From Balanoglossus misakiensis (taxonomy: Eukaryota; Animalia; Hemichordata), in the NCBI GenBank assembly GCA_040954595.2, contig CM082577.2:14949903-15013902 (forward strand): a stretch of DNA of 64,000 bases. Direction: 5' to 3'. Of the stretch, positions 12,637 to 21,572 are shown piece after piece. A program made the translations under genes and the position numbers. The notes under the pieces were generated by a model. That model was not told where the DNA came from and did no database searches. It worked only from the letters and a program-made list of their open reading frames with translations. Position 1 is the stretch's first letter. Each line of letters begins with the position of its first letter.

Positions 12637-14213
12637 GTGCAACTTTTGACAATGTACAGTACTGCTGAACATGTATTATGTTTGACTGGCTTACTAATTG
12701 AGCATCTTTGAAAGGCATCATTTTTCTGACCATTCATTTCAAAATTCGACCTACATTTTTTGCGACTGATAGATTGTAATTTTGGGCAAGAACCTGACTA
12801 AAATGGCAGCCTGAACATGAACTTTGCAGGCGAGTGTATTTAAAGATATTTTGCCAGCTTTCCATACATAATTTCAGGCATGGAAATTCCTGGCGACTGT
12901 GACACAACAGATCTTTGTAAATCTGTACACAGACAGAATGCAGAGGGTGTTCTTGTATCTGAACTTTATGGAAAATATAATGTAAATATCTGTTGTATTA
13001 TATAGTTATAGTCATGATGAGTTTATTCATTTGCATTTTGAGTAATAAGTGTAAGAATACAGACACATGAAATTTACTGGTACAATGTTCAGAAACACAA
13101 TTTAGTAATGCACTTAGAACCATTAACTTTGACTACTATAATTTATTGAATACACTTCATCTTTTGCTAATTAAATTCTACAACACAACTACAGTGTATG
13201 TGACTGTTTATTTCTATTTCTATTTATGCGAGGGACAAAAAATAAGTTTACTCAAGAAAGAAGTTCAGCTTAACAAACTTTTATGTCATGTTTGGTTTTA
13301 CATTCAAACAAGCCTTGAGGAAGGCATATAGTTTCTAGATATAGAATAAATTGTCAATAGTAGCAATGTTGGAATGTATCACAATGAAAATTGACATGCA
13401 AACATAAATGTCATAGGCACTGAACTAAGTAATATCAACTTTAATGACTGAGTGATAGATTTGGACATGGAGAATTTATCAATATACGCCTTGCATAAGG
13501 TATAGTCCCTGTAGTTACTAGTACCGGTAGTTACTCGAGGCTCAACCTGTTTTTTGTGTGTTTTTTTCTCTTCATTTCATAGCTTAAGTGGGATATCATT
13601 ATCAAACTAGTCTTGGTAGCTGCAGTTCAATGAATGTAAACAGCTGGACTACCACTTGAATTATTTTGTAGGCCAAATAGACTTTTGAGTAAGTAGTCTG
13701 TTGATACGGGACTACTTGCAATTTTGAGCCCTACGTGTACATGAACACAAGTCGTTGAAGATGTAATGTGATATAATGTTAGCGAATAAGTCCTGTAGCA
13801 TAGAGTGTGGAAAATGGATTAACCTGTTTACTTTGCCATGGACATTAGTCAAATTTATAACATGTAAACAGTTGTCAAATCACAGCCAATCATAATGCAT
13901 CTTTTCCAGTCTTGTTCATCGAAAAAGTACAGTCCATCTTGGAAACTTGTCATCATCACAGTCAATTAACCAATCAAATACCTTCGAATATGTACATGTA
14001 CCCAGTCCATAAGAAGCAACATGCACTTTGAATGGTTTGTTTCCTAGGATGTACATTGTTAATACTTTAACAAAGGTGGTTATAGAAGTTACAAGACAGT
14101 AGAAAAGTTGAAATTACAATCATCATCTAAAAGTCTTTTTTCTTTACAAATGTTAACAAGTTCACTGACATACATGTAGTTCAAGTAACAGTTATGATCA
14201 AGTCTGAGCCATC

Positions 14214-14461
14214 TTACACTTGGCCAAAGCCTGCACTGTTAAGAATGCCAAATTCCATAATCTCTTTGAACTTTATGTAGGATTTTACAACAGGTATTCT
14301 TAGTATGTTTCCACATGTATTTGCAATTGGAAATAGCTTTTCATCAGCTTGAGCCCTACGAAAATCCAAAGTGGGGGATGGCCTAAATCCAAGTGGAGGT
14401 TCCTTGTCCAATCCAGTGGCAAATACTACTATGTCCTTCAATGTCACATCTGCCTCGCCCT
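14214..14461 (-). pseudogene. Terminal exon of a HECT-domain E3 ligase (G2E3-like C-lobe)
   Basis: Acceptor TTTCCATTTGTATAG; translation VTLKDIVVFATGLDKEPPLGF...FPIANTCGNILRIP...NSAGFGQV* has the HECT F.TG, catalytic P.A.TC.N.L.LP and terminal GF motifs. Confidence 0.85.
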
Positions 14462-14588
14462 CTATACAAATGGAAAAATAGGGAAATACAGGTGCACTAA
14501 TTAATATCAGCTTTTTTGAAAGTCATTGGTATACTTTCACACGCAATTTAAAGTATAATAACTATGACTTAATGAGTGATTGGATCTG

Positions 14589-14589
<1 letters not shown>

Positions 14590-14641
<52 letters not shown>

Positions 14642-14689
14642 ATGTATGTATGTATGTATGTATGTATGTATGTGTGTATGTATGTATGC

Positions 14690-14722
<33 letters not shown>

Positions 14723-14757
14723 TGTATGTATGTATGTATGTATGTATGTATGTATGT
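14590..14757. repeat. (TG)n/(TATG)n microsatellite
   Basis: Read directly. Confidence 0.95.
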
Positions 14758-15011
14758 ACCGGTATGAATGTATTATATTAATTATGTCGAGGTTTGCATA
14801 TATTGAAAATTCGGGCTACAGTCAATCTAGTGATTTTAGTGGATCGAGGCTTTCAACAGTTACAAGCAACCGAACACATACTGTTCCTTTACAAGTAAGT
14901 ACCGTGGACCTCGACACAAAACAAAAACAAAAACAAAAACAAACCAACAAACAAACAAATAACAAGACAATGTCTACATATAACACGCGAAAACATCAAA
15001 TATCTTTATAA

Positions 15012-15930
15012 GGGACCGTTCAGTTTTTACGGCCGGGGGGGGGGCCGGCAAAATCCAGGGGGGGGGGGTCACTTAAATTTTGAAGTCCACAAAGGGGGGG
15101 TCATCTGTTTTTTTTAAACGTTTAGGGGGGGGTCACATACTTTTGCCACCGAACTATTGCTTTTGAGTCCACAAAATTGCAGTTTCGCGCCCTTTATTTT
15201 ACAAAAATTTCTCATGTGGGAGGGGGACACCCCCTCCCACACCCACCCCATACATTCTCCGCCACATTTCATTTTTTGTACCAGGGCAGAGTGCTTGCCA
15301 CCCAAACCCCTTACCCCACCGATGATAATATTTAACAAAGTGAATACATAAAGGAGAATAATTGTTTAAACCATTTTGCATAACTGATAGTTTCGCACTG
15401 CATCTTCTATATACTAGAAGTTTTATAAATGATGTCATGACGAAGATGACGCCAAATCTTCTAACTTTGAGTGGAGTGGCAAAAAGTAAAATTGGTCCTC
15501 CCAAACATTGAGATAATTTGCTTTTGAGTTCATTAAAATGTAACTTTGCGCTACATATTTTACAAAATTTTCTTACTTTTCTTGTTTTACCGATTCTAGC
15601 AACTATTGTATTGACTTGTCATTTTAATTTGTTCATAGATTTCTTTATTTCAACGATATACTATTATATACTTCAATAATACTTTAAGAAATTTATAATT
15701 GGGGTGTCAGGAGCCTCATTCCCTTTATTGCATACAGTGTACATAGGATCAGGACGGCGAATGTTTTCGGCGTGGGGGGGGGGTCATCATATTTTTGGGT
15801 CTGTCAAAGGGGGGGGGGGTCATCATTTTTTGGTCCCGGGTGAAGGGGGGGTCGGCCTGATTTTGAAAACCGATGACACAAACTTGCCGCCCCCCCCCCC
15901 CCCCCCCTGCCGTAAAAACTGAACGGTCCC
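15012..15930. mobile_element. PIF/Harbinger-type MITE
   Basis: TIRs GGGACCGTTCAGTTTTTACGGC / GCCGTAAAAACTGAACGGTCCC; 3-bp TSD TAA (15009-15011, 15931-15933); long G runs. Confidence 0.88.
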
Positions 15931-16021
15931 TAATCACTCACCTCCTTACCCAGGCGAGACTCCGTTTACCTGCGGCTGTTCGTTTGTTCGCAAAAACTCA
16001 TACTCCAGTACTGTACTTCCG

Positions 16022-16347
16022 GTGGACACTACTTGAAACCTACACTTGCTTTTTTCGTTTCACCAAAGGGACAGTGTAGGTTTGAAACCTACTCCGTACG
16101 CGCGCATTTTCTAGCAAAGGGCAGTGTAGGTTTGAAACCTACACCGTACGCGCGCATTTTCTAGCAAAGGGCAGTGTAGGTTTGAAACCTACACCGTACG
16201 CGCGCATTTTGTAGCAAAGAGACAGTGTAGGTTTGAAACCTACACCGTACGCGCGCATTTTGTAGCAAAGGGCAGTGTAGGTTTGAAACCTACACCGTAC
16301 GCGCGCATTTTGTAGCAAAGGGACAGTGTAGGTTTGAAACCTACACA
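16022..16347 (-). repeat. Right TIR array: 6 copies of the ~50-bp palindrome-containing unit
   Basis: Read directly; inverted relative to 12173-12397 but with two more units. Confidence 0.9.
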
Positions 16348-17289
16348 GTGTGTCGATTTCGGCCACGGTAGTACTGCGATGCGTGCGACTCGCAGTTTTC
16401 CAAAAACAACACTGAACTCGAAATTCCAGAATGTCAGCTCCAAAAATAGTCCATCGGACGCGGGAAACCCATGAGCACCGATTGGCTCAAACCGTAAGAT
16501 TTTGCTACATTTGACGTCAGTTTCACCGGCAATGCATAAATTAAAGCTCAACCAAATCCGGTTTTTGCATCAAGCTCAAGCACTAAAAACACGAAACAAC
16601 ATGTAAATCATCAAAGATATTTCCTTTTCCCAAACCTTACGATAATATACCATGGGACCTTATGGGATCGGTTGCGTCTGTATGTATGTATGGATGTATG
16701 TATGTATGGATGGATGGATGTATGTCTGTATGTCCGTCCACATCAAAAACTTGAAAACCGCTGCGCGTATGACCTCGATATTTGGTGTGTAGATGAAGGC
16801 AGGGCTGTAGATGAGAGTTTGTTCAAATGAAGTTGTCATTGCCAAAAATATGCAAATTAGCTGGGAAAATGTGAAATTGGTCAAAACTTAAAAACTCAAC
16901 AACCACTGGTCATATTGATTTGAAAATTGGTATGCATGTACCTTATGTCAACCTTATACAGTCCTGTATGTTTTGAGCTAATATTATAGATTTCCTATTT
17001 TTTATGCATTTTTTGTATTTTTCCATGTTATTGGTAAAAAGTCTTCATTTCTGAAAGTGATTTCAAAATCTGTTAGGCCGATCAACTCCAACTTTGGTGT
17101 GTAGCTAGCCTAGCATTTGATAATCATTTTAAGCGAAAAAAAATATATAACAAATCGACCGATTTTTTTATATTAATTTTTTTTTTAATTTATACCTTTA
17201 CTTATACCTCTATAGTAAAGCTATGTCCATGTCTTATTGTGGAATTCTGGTCTGTGCAATGGTGCTGTACAGTGACTGGCTATTGGCCA

Positions 17290-18470
17290 GTGAGCACAAT
17301 GGGACCAAAATAAAAGGCAAAATTTTAGGCTCACCTGTAACACCTGCTTAACTCATTAAATATTTGCATACCTAATTCCTGGCTAACAAATAGGGCTAGA
17401 GGTTTCGTTCTTGTGGGACATGGACAAGTATGGGGTCAACATTTGTTGCCCACATTTTGGATGACCTCAGGTGACCTTTGACCTACTTTCTTATATCTCT
17501 TCATCCAGAGCAGGTACAGACTTGGCGTTTGTAGGGTTGGGACTAAAATTGAAAAGCCAAAATTGGGGGTCACCTGTGACACCTGCATATCTCATTAATT
17601 ATGTGCAAACCTAATTCCAGGCTAACCAATAGGGCTATAGGTTTGTTTTTTGTTGAACATGGACCAGTATAGGGTCAAAATTTCTTGCCCAAGTTTTGCA
17701 TGACCTCAGGTGACCTTTGACCTACTTTCTTGTATCTCGGCATCCAGAGCAGGTACAGACTTGGCGTCTGCAGGGTTGGGACTAAAATTGAAAAGCCTTA
17801 AATGGGGGTCACCTGTGAAACCTGCCTATCTCATTAATTATGTGCATACCTAATTCCAGGCTAACCAATAGGGCTATAGTATTGGTTTTTGTTGAACATG
17901 GACCAGTATAGGGTCAAAATTTCTTGCCCAAATTTTTTGTGACCTCGGGTGACCTTTGTCTTCTTTCCTATATCTCGGCATCCAGAGCAGGTACAGACTT
18001 GGAGTTTGGATTGTTGAGACTAAAAATTGAAAGCCAAAATTTGGGGTCACCTGTGACACCTGCTTTTCTCATTAATTAAGTGCATACCTAATTCCAGGCT
18101 AACCAATAGGGCTATAGTTTTGGTTTTTGTTGAACATGGACCAGTATAGGGTCAAAATTTCTTGCCCAAATTTTGGGTGACCTCAGGTGACATTTGACCT
18201 TCTTTCCTATATCTTGGCATCCACAGCAGGTACAGACTTGGAGTTTGGATTGTTGGGACTAAAAATTGAAAGCCAAAATTGGGGGTCACCTGTGACACCT
18301 GCATATCTCATTAATTATGTGCATACCTAATTCCAGGCTAACCAATAGGGCTATAGTTTTGGTTTTTGTTGAACATGGACCAGTATAGGGTCGAAATTTC
18401 TTGCCCAAATTTTGGGTGACCTCACGAGACCTTTGACCTACTTTACCATATCTTGGCATCCAGAGCAGAT
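17290..18470 (+). repeat. ~240-bp tandem repeat, about 5 copies (central tandem repeats of a Helentron-type element)
   Basis: GGGTCACCTGTGACACCTGC...CCTAATTCCAGGCTAACCAATAGGGCTATAG recurs at ~17328, 17567, 17807, 18043 and 18283. It is followed by a HINE-type 3' end GGGCCCGCTATTGCTGCTTGCAGCTATATTT (~18508-18538). Confidence 0.85.
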
Positions 18471-18967
18471 ATGCTTATTGCTATGTTGATATGTGCTATG
18501 TTGGCTTGGGCCCGCTATTGCTGCTTGCAGCTATATTTTTCTCTGAAGCCGCTTGTCATATTGCATTGAACTTTGGCAGCATTTTCTTTGTAGTGATTGA
18601 AGTAAGATATTGTACAATTTTGGTGATATTTGCATATTTGTGTTTTTGCCACTTTTGAACAAATATTTTCTGTGAAACTGCTTGTTGGATTGCTTTGAAA
18701 TTAGTTTTTTCTCTGATTGCTTTGAAATTTAGGATATAGTTTCATAACGCATACATGTATATGTGCAACTTTTATCCGATTCTGATACAGGCACCAACTT
18801 CAGGCACCAAACTTATCTGTTTTTAAATCAAATGTTAAAACTTTACTTTTTAAATCTGCTTTTAGCCAATTGTTGTAGTGTATTATTTGCTTTTAGTGTC
18901 ATTGATCACATTTTTGTGGATACTGACGCTTTATAAATAAATTATTATTATTTATTTATAATATCGG

Positions 18968-19670
18968 GAATATTCAAAATTTAGCAAGTTTTTTGTAAGT
19001 TTCTTTGTTTTTGGTTAGCAAATCTTCTCCTAAACCAATTGTCCAGTTGTTTTGAAAGTTACTGTTTACAAGGAGTTGTGACCCCCAACTTAGACATGTT
19101 TACATAACTTTTATAGGCCAGCTGTTACATTAGTAGTTTCATAATTTTATTTGTATTTTGAAAATGTTTTCCTGTTTTTTTGTTTACTTTTTTATTTTTT
19201 TTATTATTTGTTGATTGTAATGCTGTATGGCGTTTACCAGTCATTTCAGTTTTTCAGTTCTTTAGGCCAGCTGTTACAGAGACCACCGGCTATTAAATTT
19301 TTAATCACCAGTGGCAGGTCAGTGTGTGTCTGTCTGTCTGTTCCAGGGCTGACTGAAAGAAGTTGCTTCTCATATGTGTTTGTGCAACTTTTATTCAATT
19401 CTGATATCAGAAATATTCAATATTTAGCGAGTTTTTTTTTGTAAGTTTTTGTTTTTGGTTAGCAAATCTTCTCCTAAACCAATTGTCCAGTTGTTTTGAA
19501 AGTTACTGTTTACAAGGAGTTGTTACCCCCAACTTAGACATGTTTACATAACGTTAATAAGCCAGCTGTTACAGAGACCACCGGCAATTAAATTTTTAAT
19601 TACCAGTGGTAGGTCAGTGTCTGTCTGTCTGTTCCAGAGCTGACTGAAAGAAGTTGCTTCTCATATGTGT
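18968..19670 (+). repeat. Imperfect tandem duplication, period ~440 bp
   Basis: TTTTGGTTAGCAAATCTTCTCCTAAACCAATTGTCCAG occurs at ~19009 and ~19453; GCCAGCTGTTACAGAGACCACCGGC at ~19266 and ~19561. Confidence 0.8.
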
Positions 19671-20593
19671 TTGTACAGACAATTTTTGGTCATTTTATTT
19701 TTCTAGCACCACTTGTAAGACTGCCATGACACATGACAGTTTATTGGGCATGTTCCTTGTTAATTTTTTTTTAAATTCCATATTTCTATATTGTAAGATC
19801 ATATCTGCTTGCAATGTCACCTGTAATTTTTATTCTGGTGTGTCACTGTTTCCGCATAATCCTCAAATGGGACCACAGTGTCCTTGACGCTATTTTTTAA
19901 CATATGTCATCAAGGTCACACCTACTACGGATGTGACATCATCAGATGATGACATAATAAACAAGTAACAATGAATTTTGTCAACATTAAACTTTATAAA
20001 CACAATGCCAATGAAGTCCAAAAGGTAAAATAAAATCACACTGATTTTATCTAAGAAGTAAGATCAACACATCAAATTTGCTGAATCATTTTCATTTGAT
20101 AGTGTTTTTGATGACAGACGCTATTTGTCGATACATTGACAGCAGCCATCAAAATGGTTTACTCAGATCCTTGAGTTGGCTTCAGCAAGTTCCTTTGGGT
20201 CAAACTTGTAACAAGATCTTCTGTGTATATTTGGAGAAGTCAACACTCTAACAATATCACAGCGTAACTGAGTCGTTTCTTCTGGTTTGTCTGGCAACAC
20301 AAATACACCATGGCGTATTTCTTTGAAGAATCTGACAGCAACATTTTCTTCATTGAAACTAATCATCTGAAAGAGACAAAATCATGAAAGGAATTTAGCA
20401 GCTCACTCATTAATCGTCACCCCCTACATTATCAGATTTATGTAATGAAATATTTATACTTGATACATATTTCAATAAACAACAACAAAAATCACAAACC
20501 ATTAATGAGCAGTTCACATGTTCACTAATGCACAAACCCGGGACTGAGAAGGGCACTTGTAACTTATTTTATGTGCATACATATAGTTGTTAA

Positions 20594-21005
20594 GGATGTA
20601 CGCGCAGAAAATAAACCAGAAACACTGCCCGCCCGGTCTTTTTCCCATAGGATTACATTGATAATCGCCAGAAAACAAACTTCTACTATTGTCATTTTCA
20701 CGAAATTTTACACATAGCTCAGTCCAGCAAATATAAATTCATTGGTCAAATAAAATATAGGGGTCACCGCGCTCTATTTTGAGATAAATTGCGTTAAAAA
20801 TTTTGCCCATAGACAAACTATTGGTGAAAAATGCTGAGTCAGCAGATTTCTTCTATTATCGACCAAATTCATGGCTCTGCATTTCAAAAACAAGCACAGT
20901 GACCCCTATATTTTATTACAGATTTTCATTATACATACGAAGTAGAATAAAAAAATCCACAATTAAAAAAAATGACAATACTTTCAATTTACTGAACGTA
21001 CATCC
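20594..21005. mobile_element. TTAA MITE (Kolobok-like) in an intron of the Sola-like gene
   Basis: TIRs GGATGTACGcgCAG / CTGaaCGTACATCC; TTAA at 20590-20593 and 21006-21009. Confidence 0.75.
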
Positions 21006-21572
21006 TTAAATATATTTTTAGTACACTGCATGTATTTTGGGGGTAGTATATTTCTGTGCAGATGAGCCAAACTTTTGGAGAAGAACACAAACCTGTACCT
21101 GGGCCATGAACATCTTTATTTTCTTTCCAACGGGCACCTTGACAGCTACATAGTCATGTATCTTGAGTGGCAACTCTTCAGTCGTCTCCAATGGTTCTGG
21201 TCTGGGAAAGAAGTTACAGTTTGATAAGTGATGGTATATTAAACAGTTACAGTACTAACAAAAGTGTGTCATTGTCATCCAGTAACATTAAGTACCATAC
21301 AAACATGAGTGTTGACACTTGGTTATCTTGGTGTCTGACAATTTGCATGGAGTATTTTTACTCTGTCGATAGAAAGAAAATGCCAGTAATAAGTGATATA
21401 TGACAAACAGTCTAGACTTACCTGTCACTGACGGTGTCTTCGATGGCAGGCATGGATGACTCAGGCACTGGCACTGTTGACATTATTATTATTATTATTA
21501 TAAACTTTATTTCGGACTCATGGTCCATATTACAGTAGGATTAGTTGAAAGGGGAAAAAATAGATTACATAT

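Larger units (their letters stand above)
12150..16370. mobile_element. IS3EU-like DNA transposon, internally deleted
   Basis: Termini TACCGTGGCCGAAATCGACACAC / GTGTGTCGATTTCGGCCACGGTA; 6-bp TSD GTACTG (12144-12149, 16371-16376). TAY..RTA termini with 6-bp TSD match IS3EU as recalled. Confidence 0.8.
2607..16644 (-). mobile_element. BEL/Pao LTR retrotransposon, full length, with two nested DNA-transposon insertions
   Basis: Two 345-bp LTRs (2607-2951; 12073-12149 plus 16377-16644), 5-bp TSD ATATA (2602-2606 and 16645-16649), PBS, PPT-like tract, and gag-PR-RT-RH-IN domain order. Confidence 0.95.
12073..16644 (-). repeat. 5' LTR of BEL element, split into 12073-12149 and 16377-16644
   Basis: The two pieces (77 + 268 bp) join to reproduce the 345-bp 3' LTR once the insertion and one GTACTG copy are removed. 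Confidence 0.92.
2581..19892 (+). mobile_element. Helentron-associated non-autonomous element (HINE/DINE-1-like), split by the BEL insertion
   Basis: Removing 2607-16649 restores TTTTT-AGGTCCCATTGGTATA-ggca-TATATACCATGGGACCT (5' subTIR plus hairpin), followed by a (GTAT/GTCC)n microsatellite. The 3' end has subTIR AATGGGACC (19866-19874), a short hairpin AGTGTC-ctt-GACGCT (19877-19891) and a T-run. No TSD; inserted in a T tract. Confidence 0.7.

Noticed and set aside
12173-16347. CRISPR-like arrays of palindromic repeats
   Set aside because: The spacers are near-identical rather than unique, the arrays are mirror images forming TIRs with a TSD, there are no cas genes, and the context is eukaryotic.
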